Shown here: positions 28,592 to 40,033 of the stretch, one piece after another
How positions within the stretch are numbered: the stretch's first letter is position 1
How the letters are laid out: the number at the start of each line of letters is the position of its first letter
NCBI RefSeq assembly: GCF_006345805.1
Contig: NC_043005.1
Location: 44,392,001-44,456,000, forward strand
Origin: Octopus sinensis
Taxonomy: Eukaryota
DNA length: 64,000 nucleotides
Direction of reading: 5' to 3'
The notes under the pieces: model-generated
What the model was told of the DNA's origin: nothing
What the model saw: the letters and a program-made list of their open reading frames with translations, nothing else
Databases searched by the model: none
Translations under genes and position numbers: made by a program

Positions 28592-29715
28592 TGAGGTGAT
28601 ATCAAAAGGTTCTTGGAGTAGTTATGGTTAATAAAAATAAGCTTATTTACCTAAGTTTTAACATCATATCCTTCAAAGTAGTCACCTTGTGCAGCAATAC
28701 TGTGGTGCTGGCATTCCCGCCACCTTTGGGATCCAGCCTGGAAATCATTTTCCATAAGCAAGTTGAAGACTTTCTGCAATTCACTCTGGATTTTGACAAT
28801 GGAATTAAAACAGTGACCTGTGGGCTGTATTTTCATCTTGAGGAAGAGATGGAAGTCCACAGGTACTATATCTTTGAACAGGGCAGGTGTGGAAGCGATA
28901 CCATGCTGTTTTTGGTGAGAAACTCAAGAGTGAGGGTGCATTGTCATCATGAAAAATCCAATTCTTTGTGCTCCACAGATCTTGTTGTTGTTGTTGTTAT
29001 TTAGCAACAAGACGGGTAAGGGTGATTAGGTGATGATCTAGGGCTTAGGGGTGGGAGACCCCAGTCCTTGGGAAAAAAAAACTTTGGTCATCTTGTAGTT
29101 GAGGGCTCTTCGTTGATGCCCAACACCACTGGGAGGTGGCCCTCGAAGTCGCTGGAAATGGAGATCTCCAGGTCCAAATTCTTGAATGGCCTCCACAGAT
29201 CTTGTCACTTTTACTGAATGTCCTCTCTCAAATGCTTCAAAACATCACAGGAGAACTCTCAACTAATGGTCTGGCCCTGGCGGATAAATTCTCGAAGCAC
29301 AATACCACATTTCTGGTGATGACATTTGTGGCAGGTCTTCCAGATCACTCATCGCCTCCTATGAATGTTCTCCCACTTTTGAAGCATCAGTGTCACTCGA
29401 AACATTGCATACAACCCATGGCCTTGTCACTGAAAGCTTGTCAAAGTATGCTCAATGTCCCTGTAACAGACTTCCCAAGTTTAATGCAAAATATCATGTT
29501 GGCTCTTTGTTCCTGTCCATCACAAAATCACAGACTACAGTATACACATGATCACAAAAGCACAAATTTCACAACTTGCAAAGTAAACACAGAGATGTCA
29601 CACAACACTGCCTCGTGAAAGTCATTGCTCCACAGATCTTGTCACTTTTACTGTGTACACAACCATGTACTGCCATGCTACAGAACTAGTCTGGAAACTT
29701 TTTGACAGCCCCTTG
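28592..29715 (-). mobile_element. Degenerate, internally deleted mariner transposon
   Basis: Imperfect TIRs (tgaggtgatatcaaaaggtt / aaactttttgacagccccttg). Transposase remnants on the minus strand: EQRANMIFCIKLGKS, SGRP, DLWSTKNWIFHDDNAP, DFHLFLKMK...QGDYFEG. Confidence 0.9.
28986..29190 (-). mobile_element. ~205-bp retroposon inserted in the mariner, with a 15-bp TSD
   Basis: TSD ctccacagatcttgt at 28971-28985 and 29191-29205; (ACA)n 3' tail; second copy at 3599-3803. Confidence 0.85.
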
Positions 29716-30187
29716 TGTGCGTGCATGCATGTATATATGTATGTATGTATACACACACACACACTTGTATGTATGTATACACATCGTCATCCCTTTAACA
29801 TTCATTTTCCATGCTGACACAGGTTGTGGTGTTTGACAGTATCCAGTGATCCACAGGGCTGCATCGAGTTCCAGTGTCAGCCTTGGCATGGTTTCTGTAG
29901 GTGGTGCCCTTCCTAATACCATGGGTCAGACAGTATTTGTTGAAGCAGATTTCTACAGCCAAATGTTTCCAAATAAGCTAATATTTTCCTATAACTAGAC
30001 ATGCTTTTCATGGAAGACTAGAAACAAAGAAACTTGCTTGTATGATGGTGATGATTGCTAATTTTTAACCATCACCTGATGTCTAGACAAAGGTGCACAT
30101 ACACACTTATGTGCACACACACACACACACACATATATATATACATACATACAACAGACTTCTTTCATACATGTATGTATAAGTATT

Positions 30188-30249
<62 letters not shown>

Positions 30250-30429
30250 TAATAATAATAAATATTAGGGAATGAATCCAAAATTACAGGGAAAAATCAG
30301 ATTTAGGGTTAAATCCAATTTTATAGTAAAATATTATATAATATAATTCGAGACAAAACCACTATTTTAAAACCAAACAAGGAAATACTTAATCAATACA
30401 TAAAATTTTAATATAAATTAAATAAACCG

Positions 30430-30473
30430 CCACTACAATTGTTTCATGTCTGCTACTGACAATCTTCAGGTGG
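30430..30473 (-). ncRNA. Minimal type I hammerhead motif in the left arm of the palindrome
   Basis: CCAC CTGAAGA T-TGTC-agtagca-GACA-T GAAACAATTGTA GTGG. Stem I is CCAC/GTGG, stem III is the palindrome ACAATTGT, the triplet is GUA, and 10.1/11.1 is U/U. Confidence 0.65.
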
Positions 30474-30522
30474 ATTTTCGATCTTCTAATCAAATTTTGA
30501 TAGTGATTAGAAGATCGAAAAT

Positions 30523-30566
30523 CCACCTGAAGATTGTAGGTAGCAGACATGAAACAATTGTAGTGG
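30523..30566 (+). ncRNA. Mirror hammerhead motif in the right arm, with a weakened stem II
   Basis: Same motif; two substitutions (TTGTAGG instead of TTGTCAG) shorten stem II to 3 bp. Confidence 0.55.
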
Positions 30567-30757
30567 CGGTTTATTTAATTTATATTAAAATTTTATGTAT
30601 TGATTAAGTCTTTCCTTGTTTGGTTTTAAAATAGTGGTTTTGTCTCGAATTATATTATATATATATTTATATATAAAGGGTAATCAGAAATATTAGAAAT
30701 TTCCATTACTAGTGGCCTAGCATGTAAAACTTTAGTCAATACACTATATATTATATC

Positions 30758-30909
30758 AATACAGTGTACATTTAAACACATAAGAGGAATCCATCATAGG
30801 ACTCCTTGCATGGTAGAGAGAACAGTTAAATTCTAAATCACTGGTTCTCTCTAGCATGCAAGGAGTCCTATGATGGATGCCTCTTATGTGTTTAAATGTA
30901 CACTGTATT
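30758..30909. repeat. Inverted repeat with 68/69-bp arms and a 15-nt loop
   Basis: 30758-30825 versus 30841-30909: 2 mismatches and 1 indel. Confidence 0.9.
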
Positions 30910-30966
30910 TATATATATATATATATATATATACTTTATTTAAAAGCAGCAGAAATTCAACAAAAC

Positions 30967-31004
30967 CTGTTACTCAGAGTTTCACGTTCCCATTCATCGG
31001 ACAG
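30967..31004 (-). ncRNA. Minimal type I hammerhead motif, C4 variant
   Basis: CTGT CCGATGA ATG-ggaa-CGT GAAACTCTGAGTA ACAG. Stem I is CTGT/ACAG, stem III is ACTC-T-GAGT, and the triplet is GUA. Confidence 0.6.
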
Positions 31005-31641
31005 TTTTGTAAATATATATATATATATAATATATATATATATATATAGGCGTTAGGAAGGGCATCCAGCTGTAGAAACTCTGCCAGATCAGACTGGAGC
31101 CTGGAGCAGCCCCTGGCTTCCCAGACCCCGGTCGAACCGTCCAACCCATGCTAGCGCGGAAAACGGACGTTAAACGATGATGATGATATATATTCAGACA
31201 GACAGATAGATTAATTGGTTAAAAGCCTTCTATACATGCATACACCACCCTGCTGCCTCTCGCTTTCTAATTCTTCTCCCATAGAACTGCATTCCCTGGC
31301 TCCTAAACCATCTTTATTCCTTATTTTCCCTTCACTTTGCCTCCTTCCATATTTTCCCTTCATTTCTTTCCTTTCCTTTTCCTGATAAAGGGCTAGCACC
31401 CAAAACACTACAAACTCTTAACTTTCCATTCAGACATTATACAAATCATGCCTTTGTTGAAACTTGTCCCTCTCATTTTCTCTTGTTCTTTTTTTCCTCA
31501 TTATGATATATATATATATACATATGTATGCCAATATATTTGTATTAATACATATATGAGTGTCTATGTATATGTATGAATATGTTTCAGCACACAAACT
31601 CACATAAAGAATATTGCAAACCAAATGAATGTATGTATGTA

Positions 31642-31688
<47 letters not shown>

Positions 31689-34600
31689 ATGTATGTATGT
31701 ATGTTTGTATGTATGTATGTATGTATGTATGCATGCATGTATGTATGCATGCATGCATGCATGCATGTATGTATATGTAACTACACACATGCTGTTGGTG
31801 ATTTCTTTTCCTTCTTTGAGTCTCTTCCTTTCTCCTTTCTGACAAAGAGCTATGCACAGAAAAAAATAAATGCTTTCTTTTAACCGAATCTCAAACTGAT
31901 ACATTCCTTCTGTACACTCTCTTGTTGTTTGTTATTGTTAATTTTATTGTTTGTTTATCTGAATTGATTGTAAGTATGTATGTACATACATACGTTCATA
32001 TGTATGTATTATATAAGGCAAATTCAAGTACTCAAAGGAAAAAACAGGATAAACAACAGAAATATGGATCATATTAGATTGCAGCTCAGTGAAAGTTTCT
32101 GATGATAAAACAAGAGTAAGAATATGATGTTTCAAGTATGACTCTTCATCAGATAAAGGAAAAAATCCAGAGAAGAAGTAAAAGCGGACAGTGGACAGTT
32201 CAAAGAAAAGCACATCACATGGCTCAATGAATAACTGACTGGGAGTTGGAGAAAGATTGAAAATATGGTTTTTGAAGGCAGGAGAGTGCATAAATAGCAA
32301 TCATATGTTTTGAGGAGGGGTGAAATATGTGTGTGTGTGTGAATGTGTGTGAGTGTAGAATGTATATGCGTGTATATGTTTTAGTATGTGTGTACGTGTA
32401 TCTATGTACAATAGCGAGTTGTGAGTAGTATGTTTGTATGTGAATGTGTGTAAGTGCAGAGCTAACAGGTCAGTAACAGAATAATGTAACAGTATTTTGT
32501 TATGGGCTCAAGAGATTGGGTGAAGTTTGTGAGTGCATGTGTGTTACTATGTGTGTGTATGTATATGTTCGTATGAGTGTGTGTACTTGTGTGTGTATGC
32601 GTATATGTGTCTATGTATGTGTTCTTGAGCGTTTTGTAATGTCCACTTTTCCATGTTGGCATGGGTCAGACAAAATCTGCTGAGGCAGATTTTGCATAGC
32701 CTCATGCCCTTTCTGTCATCAACGCTCACCTGTTTCCAATTAAGGTAATTTTTTCCCCATGTCCAGACCTATGTATTTTCAGGCAACTAGATACACACAC
32801 ACGTAAATATACATATACACATATGTGTGTGTATATATATATGTGTGTGTGTATGTGAGTGTGTGTGTGTGTGTGTATAAAATTAGAAAAAAACCCCACC
32901 TTTTATCAGTTCAAAATGAACAATTAAATTACACCATCTAGAAAATTACATATAATAGAATTTTTTAATTCTAATTTTTTATATATATATTATATTGTGT
33001 GAAATTTGATTTAGTATTTCTAAATTGAATTTTTTTTCCTTTTAAGTTTTGATTTTATTCCCTCAAATAATAATGATATATATACATATATGCATATATA
33101 TAGGTATAAAACATATAGAAAAAGACATGGTGAAAAGGAGTATATTTATAGAAGTTTTTAAAACGAGCATTTTTATATTTATAGATACAATTTAGAAATT
33201 CGTAGCATTTTTATGATGAATTTTTCTTTGTTATTAACAACACCAAAATTTTAAAGAGAAAAACTGTGCTACAGAATTTCATTTTTAAGTATACTTCTTC
33301 ATGAATATGTATATTTAACTATACTTAATCAGTACAAAAACATTTTTTATCTCAACATGTATTTTGATCAAAAGAAATTACTTGATGAGAGATAAATAGA
33401 TGAATTATTGTGATAATCAGCAATAAGGGGAAACAAGCTTTCTAAAATAATAAATATTTATAAAAAAAAAAAGAAATAGAAACAACAGTTTTTTTTTTAA
33501 AGTAGTCTTTAAATGCATGGAAATAGCAATAATAACTTTTAAAAATACAATGCTGATTTAATTAAAAAATAAAAAGCTAAAGAACACTCACATTAAAGTA
33601 TGGCTTGTGTGTGCATGGTCACAAATAAAACTGCTACTGAATTGCAATTCAGCATCAAAAAATCATTGTTTCTATGAAATTTTCTTTGTCTGGATCAGTG
33701 TGATTTAATTGATTATATTTAGGTATTTAGTTATTAATCTGATTCATCACTTAGATATAATAGTTTGATGAACTGAAATTAACATAATACTTTTGACTTA
33801 ATTTACTTTTCCTTTTTACATCTTAAATTACTTCAATCAATCTTAACATTAAGAATAAAAATTCTATATTTAATTCAATGCATTGAAAATTTATTATGTT
33901 TCTAAATATAATAGTTTTACACCGAATTCATGAAATAAGACATACATATTTTATATCAAATATAAATTTAAATTTAATTTTATGTTTAAAGTGTTTTACC
34001 ATATCAGCTTCTTAAAAAAAAAGCAAAAATAAATAATTATAAAAGAATGCTATTTAAAGAAAAAAATTCATGCCAAACCTAAAAGGAACATACAACATAT
34101 AAAACTAAAATATTGATAATTATACCAACTTAATCAGCAGATCTGGCATATAATTAAGGAGAAAAAAATGTTGGAAAAAGTTACATCTAAAAATTTCTTA
34201 ATAGAAGAATAGTCAAATAGAAGTCAAAGAATTTGTTTGGTACTGAGATTTATGGGGAACTTATGGGAAATTAAAAGCCTTATCACAGACTAATTTTAAA
34301 ATATCTCTGCTTTATAAATCACCATGAACAATTTTCTTTCGTGTCACGGAAGGGTTTCACTACTTAGATAATTTTGTCAATGCTCTTTATTTTCTTGACA
34401 ATCACCTCTAAACATATTCACTGTTATGTAAGCAAAATACAGCACTTTTACCAAGAATTTTTTATTTCTAACATCATGTCAACTGCTAACACCAACAATT
34501 CCCAAAAGAAATTCATTTTTTCATCAACGACTATCTTCACTGTATCATCTGTAGCAGTGGTTTGCAACTATTTTTTGTCTATAGACTGCTTTGATTCCTA

Positions 34601-36199
34601 TTTTACTCAACTGGACACCCATATATATAAAAAAAACATTTTTATAGTACTTTTATAATTAAAGGTTATTAGGAATTGAATAAAAAAAATGAAAATATTT
34701 TGAGTATTGTAAAAATATATTCAGTTTATTACTATTGTTATATTTCAGGATGGTCAATTCTTTCTTTTTTTCTTGCCAAATAATCACATGCTTTATATAT
34801 TTGCTTTTCAAGAAAAATAATAAACAAGTGAAGAACAAATACATAGTGCATGTGCTTATTTGGAAAATAAATAAATAAATAAAACATGACCATTCCAAAA
34901 TATAATACCTACTTCAACACATAATTCCACATCAGGAATCTTGCAAAATAAATTCATAAATGTAACAATTTATTACTCAAAGTTAACAACAAAACCTTTG
35001 TGTGCTCCCAGGGCCCATATGGATCCCAGTTAAGAATCACTGCTCTATAGGAATCCAAAAACTGAATAATGACTACAGAACAACAAATAACCTTTCCATT
35101 ACATTACTTGATAGTTCTTATAATGCTCATGGAGATCTAGAAATAGCAGCTAAATCTCTCACAAACCATACTCCAAAGTTTTAAATAATGTAATATATAC
35201 CTGCAAAAGACAAGATGGTCATAGACCTGCACAATGAAGGTAATCTTGAAGCTAAACAAACACCACCAAACTCATTAAAACTGCTAGAAATGCATCAAAA
35301 TGATCTGAATTCTTTTCTATAACAAAACATGCTTCAAACCTGAGCAACATGCATTTTCTGTTTGTTTGTTTTGGTTTTGTCTTTTTGCAAAGCTTAAGTA
35401 GTACATATAATTATGGAGAAATGTTTCTATAGATGAGTTAGTGTATTCCTGTTGATAACAAGAATATAATTATACCTACTATTCAAAGGCAAAGCATGTT
35501 GATTAACAAATTTTCTCTTACGAAGCCATTTTCAGTCCTGACCTATCATTATGTTATGTGATCTTTCTATCTTCTCTGATATTATTATAATACTACTCTT
35601 CTAAAACTTCACCACTTATAGCCAACTCTACACATATTAGAACTTATGTATTTCTCTTATATTGTACACTACATGAGGTCCTTTCTTTCAAAGATTTTTT
35701 TCATTCATCTATTGTCTCTACACATTTTAATCTGAGCAAGTCATATTGTGCAGTGTATTTAGTAATACTCCTCAACTATGGAATTTAGTTTGAGAACAAA
35801 AAAAAATAATAATGCATTCATATAGAAGAGAATTAGAATTACAATTTTCCGTTTTATTTCTGAACAAAATAAGCAAGATCAGTCCAATAAGGTTTATAAC
35901 GGCTGAAAATAATAGAATTTAGAAATATGAAATTCAGAAAAAAATCTCAGACAATGAAAGAAAATTTTATGGTGGTTAAGTTGTAATATGCTGTGAGGGA
36001 CTGGGAGATGAGGCAATATTGACATAAAGAATGATGGATCTAATAGTCTATGGTACATTAGTATGTTGCTTCTTAGTGCTGATGGAATGTGATGCTAGTG
36101 AGTGTTCTTAATGTGGATCTCCTTGCTTTCATTTTTTACAGTATTCTATGAATTTTAAGAATGCTGTGAAGGGGGTAATCTGTAGTATTTCTGTGTCTA

Positions 36200-36625
36200 T
36201 GTTCCTGTGTATGGGAGGGTATATGTATGTGCATATTTATGTGTAAGTATGTGTTTGTATGTGTGTGTGTATATTTGTGTGTGCATGTGTGCATATTTGT
36301 GTGTGTTATGTGCATGATTATATGTTTGTGTGTGGGTGTATTTGTGTGTATATTTGTATGTGTGAGCATATTTGCATGTATATGTGCATGTTTATGTGTA
36401 TTTGTATGTGTGTGTGTGCACACTTATGTTTGTGTGTGGGTGTGTTTGTGAGTATATTTGAGTATGTGTGTGTACATATTTGCATGTGTATGCATGTGTG
36501 TGTATTTGTATGCGTGCATATTTGTGCATATGTGTGCTTATTTGTGTGTGTGTATGTGCATGAGTGTATATTTGTGTGTGTGTGCATGCATGTGCATGTG
36601 TGTGCGTATGTATGTGCATGTTTAT
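36200..36625. repeat. Degenerate (TG)/(TA) microsatellite
   Basis: Read directly. Confidence 0.9.
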
Positions 36626-37157
36626 AATGAGTTCAGAGTTGGTTGTATTGATGTTTTTTGGTATTGTTACTTAGAAGAAATATAATCAATTTGGTAGATA
36701 TTACTTCTAAGCTGTTTGATCAGAGCTGGGATTCAAGTTGTTATGCTAATGTCTGGGAAATTGCTGAAAGGTTGGTTGGCATTGGAAGAAGGGTTCTGAG
36801 GTCGACTGGATATGAGGTTATATGTATATTTCCTGGAAATGTCAAGAAGTTAAGCGGGCATAGCATAATTCTTTACAGCATAATTTGGGGGAAATTACAG
36901 ATTTTAGACATGTATTTAATGTAGTGATGGTAACCCAAGAGACAGCTTCCATACCAGTATTTTATGCTGTTTCTTAGGAGGGTTTCTGACTGAGCAATAG
37001 GAAAATGTATAGTACACAGACAGCTGTATAGTACCCCATAAAATAAATTGTTGCATTTTGGAGTGTATAGCGGAATTCTCAGCTAAGCAAATAATATTGT
37101 TTGTGCATTGCTGAATATAAAGGAAAACTTAGCCATTTCATATATATACATATTATA

Positions 37158-37800
37158 CAGGTGCGATGGGTAAATTGTCGCCATGTTATATTTTTTATTT
37201 TATACATGCACATTGTTTGTTTTTGATTTTGTCAACTACACAGTATAGTAGGGACAATTGGGTGCCATCTGTGAGAAAAACAGCACAATGATGCAATTTA
37301 CTCTGCCAGAAATTTGGAAAAGACATGCTGTATTGCTTGGCATCCATGCCAAAAGCTCCAATAAGAACATTTCAGAGTGTTTGGGTGTCAATCTGAGGAT
37401 GGTGCAGAGGATTCAGAAAAAGTTGGATCATAGTCTAATGGTGATTATGAAGGTACAGCAGCTTGCAAAATTCACTCTGATCATTCTGATAAGAAAAGAA
37501 CTCCTGAATTTGTTGGTGCGATCTAGACCATGATTGACAACGATCCCTTTTCTTATCAGGTAGATAGTGCATGAAGACATTCGGTATTCCTCATGCAAGA
37601 TGAGAAAGGGCCAATTTTTATCCCAAGCCATCAAGGACAAGAGGAAAGATTGTGCTACAAGCTTTTACACCAACTTGAGCATCCCCTCCAACCGAACATG
37701 CTTTGGTATTTCTCAAACAAGAAAAATTCCTGCCAGGATCAAATGGTGTACCTACAGAACAACTTTTGGCTTGCTGTGTTCCCAAAACATCTACTGAAGA
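37158..37800 (+). mobile_element. 3'-truncated Tc1/mariner-superfamily transposon, maT-like
   Basis: TA followed by CAGGTGCGATGGG end. Frameshifted transposase: KRHAVLLGIHAKSSNKNISECLGVNLRMVQRI, HEDIRYSSCKMRKGQFLS, MLWYFSNKKN.CQDQ. Confidence 0.7.
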
Positions 37801-38869
37801 ACATCACACAGATTTGATCATTATAAGCAGATCAGTTGTACAGGTCATTTCAGCAAAGCACACATATGTTGTCTTCAACAGGAGAGTGCATTATATTTAT
37901 ATATTGTTGTATTTCAGGATGGCCTTTTTCCATTTTTAATTTTTTTGCCAAATAAATACACACATTATATATTTGTTCTTCACTCATTTATTACTGTTCT
38001 TATACTAACTCATGTCCATTGTCCAGATATCTTTCATCACACATCTGTGACTTCTTCAGCAACACTTTTATTTTACATGTGTACTCTTGTTCCATTTACT
38101 CCATCCTGCACTTCTATGATGTGTATCCTTATGCGTTTGCATCCGTGTTTGTGTCTGTATGTATAAGTGTGTGTGTATGCTTGTGTGTTTGTCATTAATG
38201 TTGGCAGCAGTATGGTCTTCCCCTCATCCCCTTCCTCTCACCCTGTTGTGCTGCTGCTGTCCCCTAGGATCTGAAAATTTGGTACAGTTCCTGTATCTCT
38301 GTTCGTCCACTGTGTTGCCATTGTGGTAGTTGCTGTTGTTATAGGCATATTTGTCACTGCCACTGTTCTTGATACTGTTGCAGCCATCTGTGAAGTTATA
38401 GTGTGTGTGTTTGTGTGTGTATATGGGTTCACTTCGTATGTTGTTTGTATCCATGCCCTTTATATAGATTTATTTATTATTTGTTATCATTTTTAATTTA
38501 TTTATCTTTTTATCTATCTGTATATCTTATATTTATCACAGGTATGTGACAAACATATTTATTTTTATTTTTCTATCTATCTCTATTTCTTATATGTATC
38601 AGGAGTATGTCTATTGTTTGTGTATTACCCTGTTTGTATCTATGTTTTATTTATTATTATTTTTTTCCTCTATCTTCACCTCCCTTCTGTTTTTAGTCAT
38701 GTGTGTGGCATGGTGGTGGGTGTTATTGTTCCGTTCATGTTTCTATTGAGGTTCAGTTTGCCTACTACTATGTGTGTAGCCTCTGTGATCTGTCTAAGTT
38801 TCGTGTCAGTTCTATGTGTCAATAAGACTAACTTCAACACTATTATTCAAGCCTCCATGCTGGTAAAGC

Positions 38870-39800
38870 ACTGATGAGCCTTTCTCTTCTTTGAGCTTTT
38901 GCCAGTGTTCACCTATATGCTCTCCTATGTTGCATGCAGTCTCTCCAATGTAAGTAGTTGTCATGTTTCTGCACCATCCTTCAGTACATCATAATCTATA
39001 CACTATATTCTTAACCTTACAGTTAACCCATGGGTTCATCCTACAAACAACACATATTGTTCTCCATACATGGGGACTTATCAAAGGAATAGGTTCTACA
39101 GATCAGGGATTTTATAGGGGTACCAGGCCTTTCTACTACTTTAATTCATAGATTAGCCTTACTTAATGTTTATCTAAAAAGGTATGCTTGTTCGCCACCA
39201 GGGGTAACATCGACGAACATGATGCCCTGGTATTTTTTGTTGACATACCAAGAGTTGATCTTATCTATCTTATTTCTGGTCCTTCCTGTGCTGCTCTCTA
39301 TGATGGCTTCGTACTTAATGTTGGCTTCTTTGTACACTCTAATCCTGTCCTTTTTGTTTGTAGCCAGAGAACTGCATGTAGTGGATGAAGTGTTGTAGTG
39401 TGTATTTCCAGTTCCATAGGGTCACACATATGAGACACATTCCTCATCACTATCACCAAGTCAGCTATAAGAATTTTGAAATTGGCATTGCCCGCAATCA
39501 CTGCATCCTTGTGAACAAGTTACTTAGAGGCGATGCATTTGGCATAATGAGAGTGAAGGATCTGGACCTTACCATTCTTTGTTTCTAGCCAGAGATTTGT
39601 GTCTAAAATGGGTAACCAATAGTTTAGGTGCTTACTAGGGTAGTCTATCATTATTTCAATACTCTAGTGGATGGAGTTAGCTATTTGATGGATGCTCTCC
39701 ATAGAGTTAGCTTCTAGAACATCAACATTGTCTTGTAAGGGTGCTTTGGCTACTATGTTGATATCATCCTCCTAGCGGGAGTACATGGTTAGGTTTTATG
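38870..39800 (-). mobile_element. Old, degenerate Penelope-like element (RT and GIY-YIG remnants)
   Basis: Minus-strand remnants MYSR*EDDINIV (RT catalytic motif), LPILDTNLW, CTKKPT and TYIGETACNIGEHI. Confidence 0.65.
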
Positions 39801-39823
39801 AAGTTCATAAATGTGTATATAAA

Positions 39824-39896
<73 letters not shown>

Positions 39897-40033
39897 ATAT
39901 TTATATTTATATATAAATTAAATAAGGGTAGAAATTGATATTAATCAATTAAAACCAATTAAAATTGATTAATATCAATTCTACCTTATTATTTTATATA
40001 TATATATATAGATATATATATATATGATGATGA

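Larger units (their letters stand above)
30335..30661. repeat. Near-perfect palindrome: 158-bp arms, 11-nt loop, 3 mismatches
   Basis: 30335-30492 is the reverse complement of 30504-30661. Confidence 0.95.

Noticed and set aside
32120-32155. Minus-strand CTGATGA...GAAAC motif
   Set aside because: Stems II and III do not pair adequately; at most a decayed PLE tail.
33636-33651. 16-bp perfect palindrome ctgaattgcaattcag near a donor-like GTGAGT
   Set aside because: No convincing exon or other supporting context.
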